64,000 nt of DNA from an uncultured Gemmatimonadales bacterium (GTDB taxonomy: Bacteria > Gemmatimonadota > Gemmatimonadetes > Longimicrobiales > Longimicrobiaceae): positions 6,400,001-6,464,000 of the forward strand of contig OY970303.1 in NCBI GenBank assembly GCA_963716255.1, in the 5' to 3' direction. The notes under the pieces were generated by a model. It had not been told where the DNA came from. It did not search any database and saw only the letters and a program-made list of their open reading frames with translations. A program made the translations under genes and the position numbers. Positions 39,405 through 49,006 of the stretch are shown here, piece by piece. Position 1 is the stretch's first letter. Every line of letters starts with the position of its first letter.

Positions 39405-41921
39405 CTACATGCTGCCGATGGGCGTGCCCGGCGGGAGCGGAAGCGGCTGCGACGGCTGCGTGGGCTCCGCGCCGCGCTCCAGGAAGCGCCGCGCGTCGCG
39501 CGCCGCCGCCGCCTCGTGCGCCCGCTGCGCCGCGTCGGACGAGCGCCGCCCCTCCAGCCGCCGCGCCAGCTCGGCGAGCTGAAGCTCCGCCGAGGCGCGC
39601 ACCTGCGCGGTGGCCTGCCGGTCCGCCGCCAGCGCGATCAGCCGGTCCAGCACCGCCCGCTGCGCCACTCGCCGCAGCGCCGCGTCGCGGGCGCCGGCGG
39701 GCGTCGGCTGGCCCCAGGTGCCCTCCACCAGCCGCCCCATCACCTCGTCCAGCGAGGGCGCCGCCGCGTCGCGGGCGTGAAAGGACACCAGGCGCGCCGC
39801 CCGCTCGCGCTGGAGCACCCCGTCCGCCACCGACGCGGCGAGCGACTGCGCCGCGGCCAGCGGGTCGAAGGCGCCCCCCAGCGGCGACGAGAACGACCAC
39901 GCGGTGGAAGCGTAGCCGTAGGGCGGGGGAGGGATCAGCGCCGCCACCCGCTCCGGGATCGCCAGCGCCTCCGGCTGGATGGCGCGCACCAGCAGCGCCA
40001 GCGCCCGGCGCTGCTCCGCAGGGTCCACGACGCGCGCCGGCACCTGCCCGTCGCCCGAGCGCGCGAAGGTGTACTCCAGCCCGCCCACCGTCTTGGTCGC
40101 CGACTCCAGCGCGTAGCGGTGGTGCAGGTACACCGGCACCAGGCGCTCGCTCAGGTTCCACAGGGGCTCGCCCGCCGGGATCGCCGCGGCCGAGAAGCGG
40201 TCCAGAAGCACCCGGCGCACCGCCATGGTGCGCTCCAGCTCCGCCACCCGGTCGCTCCCCAGCGCCCAGCGCGTCACCTCCGGCATGCTCCCCGACTCGT
40301 CCGCGTCGCGGTCCGTCATGAAGCGCACCCCCTCGCGGACCCCCTCGCGCACCAGCGCGTCCAGCCCGCGCGCCTCCGCCTCCGGGGTGGGGAACTGCGT
40401 GTAGGCGTAGCGGATCGCCAGCGTGTCGTACTCGCCCGGCCCCGCGCGGTACGCCTGCGACACGTCGATGCGGCCGTCCACCAGGCGGATCAGCGGCCCC
40501 GGGTAGTCCATCACCGACGAGCGCGCGTCCGCCGAGGCGATGAAGTTGTGCGCCAGCCCCAGCGTGTGCCCCACCTCGTGCGCCACGTGCTGCCGGCGCC
40601 GGGCCAGCGCGAACGCCTCGCCGTCCGCCCGGGGGTCCAGCCGCCCCACCCACTCGCCCACCTGCATGGCGGGGAGCGTCCCCGCGAAGATGTTGTAGTC
40701 GGTGAGCGAGCGGTACGTGTCCATCCGCACCGCCGCCTTGATGATCTCCCCCGTGCGCGGGTCCTCGAACGACGGCCCCACCGAGAAGCCGGGGTCCGTG
40801 CGGTGCACCCACTGGATCACCGAGTAGCGCGCGTCCATGGGGTCCGCGTCCGCCGGCAGGTCCCGCACCTGGAACGCGTCGATGAAGCCCGCCGCCTCGA
40901 ACACCCGGTTCCACCACGACGCCCCCTCGCGGAAGGCGGTGCGGTACGGCTCCGGGATCCCCGGGTCCAGGTAGTACACGATGGGCTTCACCGGCTCGGA
41001 CATCGCCGCCGACGGGTCCTTCTTTTCCAGGCGCCAGCGCGCGATCCAGCGCTGCACGTAGCGCCCCGTGAGCGGCTGGCTGAAGTCGTAGAAGGTCAGC
41101 GGGTTCACCCCCACCCGCGGGTCGAAGGCGCGCGGCCGGTAGCCCGAGTCCGGCAGTTCCACGAAGGAGTGGTGCTGGCGCAGCGACAGCGAGCGCCCGT
41201 CCGGCGTGTGCCGGCGGATCTCCGGGCCCGGGTTGTCGCCCGCGAAGGTGAGCAGCGCCTCCACCTCCGTGTTCTTGGGGAAAGCTTTCGTGCGCGGGAG
41301 GTAGATGGCGCTGCGGTCGCGGTCCAGGCGGAACTCGCCCTGCTGGCCGCGGCGGATGGAAGCCGCCACCCCGAAGGCGTCCTGGAGGAAGAAGTCCGTG
41401 GCGTCCACCAGCAGGCGGCCGCCCTCCTCCGCCTGGATGGCGAAGGCGCCACGCACCGAGGTGGGGAACGACTCCACCACCGCCTGCGCCTCGCCGGGGG
41501 TGCGGGCGTCCACGGCGCGGAAGCCGGTGTTCTGCTGCACCAGCAGGAGGCGGGGGCCGTGCCGCTCGAACCTCACCACCACGCCGTCGCCCAGGGTGCC
41601 GCGGTCCAGACCCAGCGCGTTGGAGCCGATCCCCGTCGCCAGCGAGTTCAGGTACAGGAAGTCCTCGCCCACGCGCGACACCTCCAGGAGCAGCTTGCCC
41701 GTCTTCGCGTCGTAGAAGAAGGGGAAGTAGCCGTCCTGGCGCTGCATGCCCGCGGTCTTCGCCGCGATGGTGTTCTGCTGCGCGCCGGACTGGCCCGGGG
41801 TGGATGACGCCTGCCTCCCGTCGGGCGCCGGAGACGGCGAGGGGCGCTGCGGCTGGGCGCAGGCGGCCAGGAGGGCGAGCGCGGCGGCGAGCGCCGGGAG
41901 CGGGGTGCGGCGTGGGGTCAT
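39405..41921 (-). CDS. Zinc-dependent metalloprotease lipoprotein (DUF5117/EcxA-like metzincin)
   Basis: Lipobox LAAC; HEVGHTLGLAHNF, SSVMDY Met-turn; VKPIVYYLDPG, DPRTGEI. Confidence 0.9.
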   Translation of the reverse strand: MTPRRTPLPALAAALALLAACAQPQRPSPSPAPDGRQASSTPGQSGAQQNTIAAKTAGMQRQDGYFPFFYDAKTGKLLLEVSRVGEDFLYLNSLATGIGSNALGLDRGTLGDGVVVRFERHGPRLLLVQQNTGFRAVDARTPGEAQAVVESFPTSVRGAFAIQAEEGGRLLVDATDFFLQDAFGVAASIRRGQQGEFRLDRDRSAIYLPRTKAFPKNTEVEALLTFAGDNPGPEIRRHTPDGRSLSLRQHHSFVELPDSGYRPRAFDPRVGVNPLTFYDFSQPLTGRYVQRWIARWRLEKKDPSAAMSEPVKPIVYYLDPGIPEPYRTAFREGASWWNRVFEAAGFIDAFQVRDLPADADPMDARYSVIQWVHRTDPGFSVGPSFEDPRTGEIIKAAVRMDTYRSLTDYNIFAGTLPAMQVGEWVGRLDPRADGEAFALARRRQHVAHEVGHTLGLAHNFIASADARSSVMDYPGPLIRLVDGRIDVSQAYRAGPGEYDTLAIRYAYTQFPTPEAEARGLDALVREGVREGVRFMTDRDADESGSMPEVTRWALGSDRVAELERTMAVRRVLLDRFSAAAIPAGEPLWNLSERLVPVYLHHRYALESATKTVGGLEYTFARSGDGQVPARVVDPAEQRRALALLVRAIQPEALAIPERVAALIPPPPYGYASTAWSFSSPLGGAFDPLAAAQSLAASVADGVLQRERAARLVSFHARDAAAPSLDEVMGRLVEGTWGQPTPAGARDAALRRVAQRAVLDRLIALAADRQATAQVRASAELQLAELARRLEGRRSSDAAQRAHEAAAARDARRFLERGAEPTQPSQPLPLPPGTPIGSM

Positions 41922-41959
41922 TTGGATGTCTGCGTGGAGGAGGACGAGCATCCTTGCGT

Positions 41960-42089
41960 GGGGCCGCTCCGGAACCAGGCCAAACAGCCGGCCTGTTTCC
42001 TACGCGGGTCGCGGAGCCCCGGGAAACTGCCCCCGGGTCTCCGCTCCGGCTGCGGGAGCCTCGCCAAACTACCGGCGAGTCTCCCTCCG
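41960..42089 (+). repeat. R2 element copy 2
   Basis: GGGGCCGCTCCGGA start; three hairpins with loops AAACAGCC, AAACTGCC, AAACTACC. Confidence 0.82.
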
Positions 42090-42169
42090 CTCAAGTTTTT
42101 TGGGGATGGGCGCCGGGCTCCGGCACGGCCGGTCTCGCGGCAGGCGAAGCGCCGGTCGTTCGCGCGGGG

Positions 42170-43132
42170 CTACGCCAGCGCGCCGGCCTGCTCGCGCGCG
42201 GCGCGGGGCGCGGGGGCGGCCGCGTCCGGCTCCGCAAGGGCGGACGCCGCGAAGAGCACCACCGAGATCCACACCAGGTCCGCGAGCAGCAGGTGCACCA
42301 GCTGCATCCACACCGGCGCCAGCAGCGCCAGGTTCAGGAAGCCCGCGCCCACCTGCGTCGCGAAGAGCGCGGCGACCACGACCGCCAGGCGCCGCGTGGG
42401 GGGGGCGGGGCGGAGGCGGGCCACCATGCGCGTGGCGAACACCAGGTAGGCGCCCACCGCGAGCGCCAGGGCCGGGTGAAGCACGCGCAGGCGCAGGAGG
42501 AAGTGCGCCGTGTCCGAGAAGTCCTGACGCATCCCCTCGCGCAGCGACACGGCGGGGAAGAGCGTGTCGCCCAGCGCGGCGATGGCGCCGGTGGCGCCCA
42601 GCAGCAGCATCCCCGCGAAGGCCGCCGCCAGCAGCCCGGCCGCGGCGCCCTGGCCGCGCAGGCGCACCGGCTGCCCGCCGGACGCCCACCACGCCGTCAG
42701 CGTGATCGCCCCCAGCAGGAAAAAGGTGTTCACCAGGTGCGCGATCATGGAAAAGGCGCGGTACGCCGAGGCATTGTCCGCCACCAGCTCGAAGAGCACC
42801 AGCCCCGCCCCCAGCAGCGCCTCGATCACCATCAGCACGGTGGACGCCGCCGCCGCCCGCCGCACCGCGTGGCCGCGGGGGAAGGCGCGCAGCGCCCACG
42901 CCAGCATCGCAAGCACCAGCAGGCCGGCGGCGCCGCTGGTGACGCGGTGCGTGAACTCGATCACCTGCTCCGTGCTCGCCAGGCGCGGGATCACCCGGCC
43001 GTCGCAGCGGGGCCAGTGGTCGCCGCACCCCGCGCCGGAGCCGGTCGCGCGCACGTACGCGCCCCACGCCACCACGGCGAGGTTGTATGCCAGCACGCCC
43101 CACGCGTACTTCGCGAACCCGCTCGGCTTCAT
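42170..43132 (-). CDS. ctaA: Heme A synthase (COX15/CtaA family)
   Basis: VRATGSGAGCGDHWPRC, EFTHR, conserved His in TM helices; divergent from heme O synthase. Confidence 0.88.
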   Translation of the reverse strand: MKPSGFAKYAWGVLAYNLAVVAWGAYVRATGSGAGCGDHWPRCDGRVIPRLASTEQVIEFTHRVTSGAAGLLVLAMLAWALRAFPRGHAVRRAAAASTVLMVIEALLGAGLVLFELVADNASAYRAFSMIAHLVNTFFLLGAITLTAWWASGGQPVRLRGQGAAAGLLAAAFAGMLLLGATGAIAALGDTLFPAVSLREGMRQDFSDTAHFLLRLRVLHPALALAVGAYLVFATRMVARLRPAPPTRRLAVVVAALFATQVGAGFLNLALLAPVWMQLVHLLLADLVWISVVLFAASALAEPDAAAPAPRAAREQAGALA

Positions 43133-43368
43133 CGCTGCATCGGCTTGAGGTGGAACGGCCGCCGGCCGTCTACGGCGGTGAAAATAAAGCGTTTCGCGGC
43201 CACGGCGGCAAGCGCGCGCGCCGGGCGTGGGGAAACCCCCCACGCGGGCGTGGGGCATCCCCGGAGGCGCGGATCCTCGCCTTGGCGCAAGGTGGCGCCG
43301 CGTGTATATTTCCCGGCTTCCAGGCCGGCCGCCCGCGCGGCCGGGACGCCACCCGCTCCCGAGCACGA

Positions 43369-44466
43369 ATGCCAGACATCGCCGCCACCCACGTGCGGGA
43401 GGTCCCCCCGGGCGCCGCCCCCCTCACCGGGGAGGGCGCCGCGGCCAGCGCCGCCGACGGGATGACCACGGGGACCCAGCGGGCCGGCGTCGCCGCGTTC
43501 CGCTCGGGCGCGTCGGGGGGCGTGCGGCAGCGGCTGCGCGACTACGTCACGCTCACCAAGCCGCGGATCATCTCGCTCCTGCTGGTCACCACCGCCGCCC
43601 CCATGTTCATCGCGGTGGGCGGGTGGCCGGACGGGCGGACCGTGCTGTGGACGCTGCTGGGCGGCTACCTCATGGCGGGCGGCGCCAACGCGATCAACAT
43701 GTACATGGATCGCGACATCGACGCCGGCATGCCCCGCACCGCGCTGCGCCCCATCCCCAGCGGGCGCATGTCCCCCGGGCACGTGCTGGCGTTCGGCATC
43801 GTGCTGGGCGCCGCGGCGTTCGCCGTCTACGGCGTGCTCGTCAACCTGCTCAGCGCCGTCCTGGCGCTCGCCGGGCTGCTCTTCTACGTCTTCGTCTACA
43901 CCCGCTGGCTCAAGCGCACCTCCCCGCAGAACATCGTCATCGGCGGGGCCGCGGGCGCGTTCCCGCCTCTGGTGGGCTGGGCCGCCGCCACCGGCGAGAT
44001 CACGCTGACCGCCGTCTACATGTTCCTGATCGTGTTCTTCTGGACCCCGCCGCACTTCTGGGCGCTGGCGCTGGTCAAGCAGAAGGACTACGGCCGCGTG
44101 GGCGTGCCCATGGCCCCCAACGTGTGGGGCGAGCGCGAGACCATGCGGCAGATGGTGGTGTACACCGGCATCCTGGTGGCCGTCACGCTGGCCCCCGTCA
44201 CCTACGGCGGCATGGGCGCCGTGTACGGCGTGGCCGCGGCGCTGCTGGGCGCCTGGTTCCTGTTCGACGTGACGCGCCTCTTCCGCGCCGCCAGCTTCAC
44301 CCGGCCGGCGTGGGCGCTGTACCGCAACTCGCTGCTGTACCTGGCGCTGCTCTTCTGCGCCATGGCCGCGGACGGCGTGTTCGCGGTGGGGCGCATGCAC
44401 GGCGGCAGGGACCTGGTGATGCTCCGCAGCCCCGAGCTCGCCATGGCGGCCGAGCCCGGCCGCTGA
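43369..44466 (+). CDS. cyoE: Protoheme IX farnesyltransferase (heme O synthase)
   Basis: LTKPRI, NMYMDRDID..MPRT..RP, WLKR, FFWTPPHFWALA; start may be 43462. Confidence 0.93.
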   Translation: MPDIAATHVREVPPGAAPLTGEGAAASAADGMTTGTQRAGVAAFRSGASGGVRQRLRDYVTLTKPRIISLLLVTTAAPMFIAVGGWPDGRTVLWTLLGGYLMAGGANAINMYMDRDIDAGMPRTALRPIPSGRMSPGHVLAFGIVLGAAAFAVYGVLVNLLSAVLALAGLLFYVFVYTRWLKRTSPQNIVIGGAAGAFPPLVGWAAATGEITLTAVYMFLIVFFWTPPHFWALALVKQKDYGRVGVPMAPNVWGERETMRQMVVYTGILVAVTLAPVTYGGMGAVYGVAAALLGAWFLFDVTRLFRAASFTRPAWALYRNSLLYLALLFCAMAADGVFAVGRMHGGRDLVMLRSPELAMAAEPGR

Positions 44467-44487
44467 CGCGTCCGCCGGCACGGAACC

Positions 44488-44520
44488 GGGGCCGCTCCCG
44501 CGCGCGGGAGCGGCCCCTTT
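44488..44520 (+). terminator. Intrinsic terminator
   Basis: GGGGCCGCTCCCG-CGCG-CGGGAGCGGCCCC then TTT. Confidence 0.7.
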
Positions 44521-44613
44521 GCTCGCCCCCCGTGCGTGGCGTGCGGGTTGCGTGACGCCGCGGCGAGCGGGCCCCGCGCCCGGCCGTTCCCGCGCAGCAC
44601 CCCCGGATCCCGA

Positions 44614-45423
44614 ATGCGCATCCTTTCCAGCCTGGCCCTGGCGGCCACCCTTGCCGCCGCGGTCCCGGCCGTGGGGCAAACGCCCGATTCCACCCAGCTC
44701 GCCCGCGAGCCGCTGTTCACCCGGCGCGATGCCCTGTACGCCGGCGCGTTCGTGGCCGGCGCGCTCGCGCTCGCGCCGGTGGACCGGGAGCTCGCGCGCT
44801 CCATCCAGGGCGATCCGCAGACCAACGACCTGCTGCGGGGCTCGGCCGCCGGCTTCCGGCTCCTGGGCCACCCCGGCTCCATCGGCATCTCCGGCGCGCT
44901 GTACCTGGTGGGGCGCGCCGCCGACCGCCCCTCCGTCGCCGACCTGGGGCTGCACACCGCCGAGGCCATCGTCTTCGCCCAGGTGTTCACGGTCGTCGGC
45001 AAGAACCTGGCGGGCCGCGCCCGCCCCAGCCGCGACCCCGACAACACCACCAACTTCTCGCTGGGCCGCGGGTGGGGCGACGACGACTACCAGTCCTTTC
45101 CCTCCGGCCACACCTCCGCCGCCTTCGCCGCCGCCGCCGCCGCCACCGGCGAGATCGGCCGCTGGTGGCCGCGGTACCGCGTCCCCGCCGGGATCGCGCT
45201 GTACACCGGGGCCACCCTGGTGGGCGTCTCGCGGATGTACAACAACAAGCACTGGGCGAGCGACGTCATCGCCGGCGCGGCGGTGGGCACCTTTTCCGGC
45301 TGGAAGGTCGTGAGCTACACCCACGCCCACCCGCGCAACCCCATCGACCGCATCCTCCTGCGCACCTCCGTGGTCCCGGTGGGCCCCGACCAGCTCCTCG
45401 TCGTCTGGACGTCCGCGCCGTGA
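44614..45423 (+). CDS. PAP2-family phosphatase (paralogue B)
   Basis: Signal peptide; KNLAGRARP, SFPSGH, SRMYNNKHWASDV. Confidence 0.9.
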   Translation: MRILSSLALAATLAAAVPAVGQTPDSTQLAREPLFTRRDALYAGAFVAGALALAPVDRELARSIQGDPQTNDLLRGSAAGFRLLGHPGSIGISGALYLVGRAADRPSVADLGLHTAEAIVFAQVFTVVGKNLAGRARPSRDPDNTTNFSLGRGWGDDDYQSFPSGHTSAAFAAAAAATGEIGRWWPRYRVPAGIALYTGATLVGVSRMYNNKHWASDVIAGAAVGTFSGWKVVSYTHAHPRNPIDRILLRTSVVPVGPDQLLVVWTSAP

Positions 45424-45941
45424 CCCGCGGCGAAGCCGGCTGGAAGCGCGCCGTGGCCGAGCACCGCGACGCCGTGCGGCGCTTCGTCGCCACCGCCGAG
45501 GGGCTGGCCCCCGACGCCTGGACGCGCCCCCGCGCCCCGGGAAAGTGGACTCCCGCCGAGATCGCCGAGCACCTGGTGCTCTCGTACGAGACCGCGCTGG
45601 CGGAGCTGTCCGGCGGGCCGGGGATCCGCCCGCGCGCCACCGGGTGGCGACGGCTGCTGCTGCGCTGGGTGCTGCTCCCGCACATCCTCTTCCACCGCAG
45701 CTTCCCGGTGCGCGCCGTGTCCCCCCGCGAGATCCGCCCCACCGGCGCTCACGGCGACCGCGGCGCCGTGCTGGCCCGCATGCGCGAGCTCGCCGCGCGC
45801 ATGGAGCGCGAGCTGGACGTCGCCCGCGGGACCGGCGCGCTCGTCACCCACCCGTACTTCGGCGGGCTTCCCGCGGCGCGGACGCTGCGGTTTCTCGCGG
45901 TCCACGTCGAGCATCATCTTCGGCAGCTTTCTTCGTCCTGA
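45420..45941 (+). CDS. DinB-family protein
   Basis: GTGA overlap; KWTPAEIAEHL, HPYFG, HVEHHLRQ. Confidence 0.82.
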   Translation: MTRGEAGWKRAVAEHRDAVRRFVATAEGLAPDAWTRPRAPGKWTPAEIAEHLVLSYETALAELSGGPGIRPRATGWRRLLLRWVLLPHILFHRSFPVRAVSPREIRPTGAHGDRGAVLARMRELAARMERELDVARGTGALVTHPYFGGLPAARTLRFLAVHVEHHLRQLSSS

Positions 45942-45961
45942 ACTTCAACTGCTGAAGGGCA

Positions 45962-46121
45962 GGGTTCGGGCGTGCCCCCGGCGGGCGCCGGGGTCGGGCT
46001 TCGGCTCCGTAGGACTGCAAACAACGCAGCCCAACGGAGTCGAGACCCGGCGGAAACAGCCCCGCCGGGTCTCGCCCCTTCGGGCCGAAATCCCTCACGC
46101 GGGGCTCGCGCTGGCGTCCGC
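45962..46121 (+). repeat. R1 element copy 8
   Basis: Core plus tail, 20 nt after stop. Confidence 0.92.
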
Positions 46122-46122
46122 G

Positions 46123-46260
46123 GGGCCCCCACCCGGCTCGCTTAGGCTCGCCACCCTCCCCCGTTCCGGGGGAGGGGCATCTCCACGCTGCGATCCTCTC
46201 CGTCGCCGTGTCGTGCTCCCCCTCCCCCCTTGCGGGGGAGGGGGCCGGGGGGAGGGGGGG
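46123..46260. repeat. R3 REP-like palindromes
   Basis: CCCCCACCCGGCTCGCTTAGGCTCGCCACCCTCCCCC...GGGGGAGGGG and CTCCCCCTCCCCCTTGCGGGGGAGGGGG. Confidence 0.65.
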
Positions 46261-46279
46261 CGCCGGGTGAGGGCCTCTA

Positions 46280-46385
46280 CGACGGCGCCCCCGCCGGGAT
46301 CTCCCGGCGGGGGCGCTTCACGTACTTCGTACTTCGAACTCCGTACTGCCGTTCACTTTCGCACTTTCGCGCTCCCGCACTCCCG
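46280..46385. repeat. R4 palindrome followed by 7-8 nt tandem repeats
   Basis: GCGCCCCCGCCGGGATCTCCCGGCGGGGGCGC; CGTACTT CGTACTT CGAACTC CGTACT; CACTTTCG CACTTTCG CGCTCCCG CACTCCCG. Confidence 0.65.
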
Positions 46386-46399
46386 GTGCCGGCGTCGCC

Positions 46400-47380
46400 T
46401 CAGCGCGCGGGCTCCGCCGGCGCGGCCGCGGCGGGCTTCGCCGCCGAGCGCACACCCGGGGCGTGCCGGCGCGAGAGCACCGCCTCCACCCGCGGCGCCG
46501 CCAGCGGAAAGGAGACCAGCTCGTGCACCCGCTCGCGGAGCTCGCGGATCGCCGCGCGGGTGACGCTTTCCGTGGCCGGGCGGCCGGTGGCCAGCGTCAC
46601 CACGGGGACGCGGGGCATGATGCGCAGCATCGCCACCTCCGCCGAGGGGACGCTCTCCTCGCCCGGGAGGAAGACGTGCCCGGGATCGTTGGAGTCGGCG
46701 CCGTAGCTTTCCAGCCCCACCGCGCGCACCACCTGGTGGAAGCGCGGCATCTGCGCCGCCGGCACGTCGTAGTCCACGGCCACCCCGGCCGGGCGGCCGG
46801 CGCGGTCCACCCGCGAGTGCCACGAGGTCAGCGTGCTGGTGGCGAACGACCCCGGCCGCGAGCGCCCCTGCTGGAAGAGGAAGGCTTGCCGGTCCGGGTG
46901 GCGCCACGTTTCCCGCCGGCCGAAGCGGATCCCCGCCTCCCCCAGCGCCCGCTCCAGGCGGATGATCTTTTCCGCGAACAGCGGGTGCAGAACCTCCAGC
47001 CCCCGGTGCGCCTTCCGCGCCTCCGGGCCGTAGCTCGTCCGCAGCACCCGCCACTCCCACGCCTCGTAGCTCTCGCCGCGCATGGGGTGGGGGAGGCCGG
47101 GGTTCCCCACCACGTGCGTCCCCGGCAGCGGGTTCGCGGGCTGGTACACCGGCACGTCCATGTACTCCGCCAGCCCGAAGCGCCCCGGCCCCGTCATCCC
47201 GTAGCGGCAGCGCATCTCCGCCGGCGAGGGGTTGCGGCGCAGCGCCGCGAAGTCCGTGCGGGCGCACGCCGGCACGTCCCTCGCCAGGGCGGCGGGGCGC
47301 GGGGCCTGCGCCTCGACGGCGGCCGCGGCGGCGGGGACCAGGGCGAGCGCGAGCAGCGTGCGGGCGTTGCGGAGGATCAT
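46400..47380 (-). CDS. Secreted protein with M15-family Zn peptidase domain
   Basis: Signal peptide; WRHPDRQAFLFQQGRS, SWH, AVD, DPGHV pattern typical of M15 peptidases. Confidence 0.65.
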   Translation of the reverse strand: MILRNARTLLALALVPAAAAAVEAQAPRPAALARDVPACARTDFAALRRNPSPAEMRCRYGMTGPGRFGLAEYMDVPVYQPANPLPGTHVVGNPGLPHPMRGESYEAWEWRVLRTSYGPEARKAHRGLEVLHPLFAEKIIRLERALGEAGIRFGRRETWRHPDRQAFLFQQGRSRPGSFATSTLTSWHSRVDRAGRPAGVAVDYDVPAAQMPRFHQVVRAVGLESYGADSNDPGHVFLPGEESVPSAEVAMLRIMPRVPVVTLATGRPATESVTRAAIRELRERVHELVSFPLAAPRVEAVLSRRHAPGVRSAAKPAAAAPAEPAR

Positions 47381-47509
47381 GCGCGTGGGAGCCGGTGACG
47401 GACCGATGGCCGGGCGGAGCGGATCCACCCGGCGGGGTAAGAGCCCCGGCGCGGAGGCCGGCAAAAGCGTGTGCTGCGGCGCAACCAGTATAACCGCAGC
47501 GGGTTGCGC

Positions 47510-48301
47510 CTACAAGAGACCCTGCGTGTACCCGCCGTCCACCTGGATGGTCGCACCCGTCAGGTAGCCCGCCCGCTCCGAGGCCAGAAAGGCCACCAGC
47601 GCCGCCAGCTCCTCCGGCTCGCCCATGCGGAGCGCGGGGATCCGGGCCGCGGTGTCGCGCGACACCTCCTCCACGGGACGATTCTCCCGCCCGGCGCGGC
47701 TCCGGGCCAGCTCCTCCGTCCTCGCGGTGCGGAAGAAGCCGGGCGCAACCACGTTGCAGGTGATCCCGAAGGGGGCCAGCTCCGTCGCCATGCTCTTGAC
47801 GAAGCCCACCACCCCCGGGCGCGACGTGTTGGAAAGGATCAGCCCGGTCATGGGCTGCTTCACCGTCATCGAGGTCAGCGCCACGAAGCGTCCCCAGCGC
47901 TGCTCCTTCATGTGCGGCACGGCGGCCAGGGCCAGCCGCACCGCGCTCATCAGGTTGAGCTCCAGCGCCTGCACCACCTGCTCCGCCGTGGTGGTCTCGA
48001 AGGTGGTGGAGGGCGGGCCCCCCGCGTTCGCCATCGCCACGTGCACCGTCCCCCAGCGCCGCACCACCTCCGCCACGACCCGGTCCGCCGCTTCCGGGTC
48101 GGTGGCGTCCGCCGCCAGCGGCAGCACATCGGCCCCCGTCTCCGCCGCGATCTCCTCCGCCGCCGTGCGCAGGCGGGCCTCGTCGCGGGCCACCACGGCC
48201 ACCCGCATCCCCTCGCGCGCAAGCTCCAGCGCCACGGCGCGCCCCAGGCCGGTGCTGCCGCCCATCACGATCGCTACGCGGTCCCGCAGTCCCAGGTCCA
48301 T
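47510..48301 (-). CDS. SDR-family oxidoreductase
   Basis: MDLGL, GGSTGLG, NAGGPP, LSNTSR, NVVAPG, VDGG. Confidence 0.88.
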   Translation of the reverse strand: MDLGLRDRVAIVMGGSTGLGRAVALELAREGMRVAVVARDEARLRTAAEEIAAETGADVLPLAADATDPEAADRVVAEVVRRWGTVHVAMANAGGPPSTTFETTTAEQVVQALELNLMSAVRLALAAVPHMKEQRWGRFVALTSMTVKQPMTGLILSNTSRPGVVGFVKSMATELAPFGITCNVVAPGFFRTARTEELARSRAGRENRPVEEVSRDTAARIPALRMGEPEELAALVAFLASERAGYLTGATIQVDGGYTQGLL

Positions 48302-48384
48302 GGTTTTTTCGTCGTTCCGGGTGATCCGTCCCGCCTGCAAGATAGCGAGCGGAGGGCGATGGAACAGCACTAACTGAGGACTGC

Positions 48385-48543
48385 GGGGTCGGGCGTGCCC
48401 CTCGCTGGCGCTCGGGTCGGGCTGCGCGCGGAGTAACGCACGATACGACCGTGCGTAACTCCGCCGAGCCCCGCGGAAACGGCCCCGCGGGTCTCGGCCC
48501 TGCCGGGCGCGCATCCCTCACGCGGGTCCGCGCTGGCGTCCGC
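48385..48543 (+). repeat. R1 element copy 9 (subtype B)
   Basis: Same frame with swapped helices TGCGCGC/GCGCGCA and CGGAGT/ACTCCG. Confidence 0.88.
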
Positions 48544-48660
48544 GGGTTGCGGCGGTCGTTGCCTCGGGTTCGCGGCTTGCTTCGGGCGCGGGGGGGCGCC
48601 TATGCTTTCCCGCTCGCGCGCCCGGCGGCGCACGGTTTTTTCCCCGCGGCGCGGTGCGGC

Positions 48661-48933
48661 ATGGCGAAGCCCAGGGTCAAGTTCGAGAACACACCCAACC
48701 CGCAGGCGGGCAAGTTCACCGTTGGGCGGACGCTGGTGGAAGGGCGCCACGGGCGCACCTACGACTCGGCCGAGTCCGCGGCGGGGGATCCAGTCGCGGA
48801 GGCGGTGATGGCGCTGGAGGGGGTGCGCGGCGTGTTCATGGTCGCGGACTTCGTCACCGTCACCAAGGCGCCGGAGGCGTCCTGGGGCGAGCTCGCGCCG
48901 CGCGTGCAGCAGGCCATCCGCGCCGCGCTCTGA
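48661..48933 (+). CDS. NifU/Nfu N-terminal scaffold domain protein
   Basis: TPNPQAGKF, GVRGVFMVADFVTVTK, W. Confidence 0.85.
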   Translation: MAKPRVKFENTPNPQAGKFTVGRTLVEGRHGRTYDSAESAAGDPVAEAVMALEGVRGVFMVADFVTVTKAPEASWGELAPRVQQAIRAAL

Positions 48934-49006
48934 CCGTCCGGGATCTCCGTTTTCCGCTTTCGCGTCCGCTCCCGCCGACCACTCCCCACCACCTCCCTAT
49001 TCCCGC

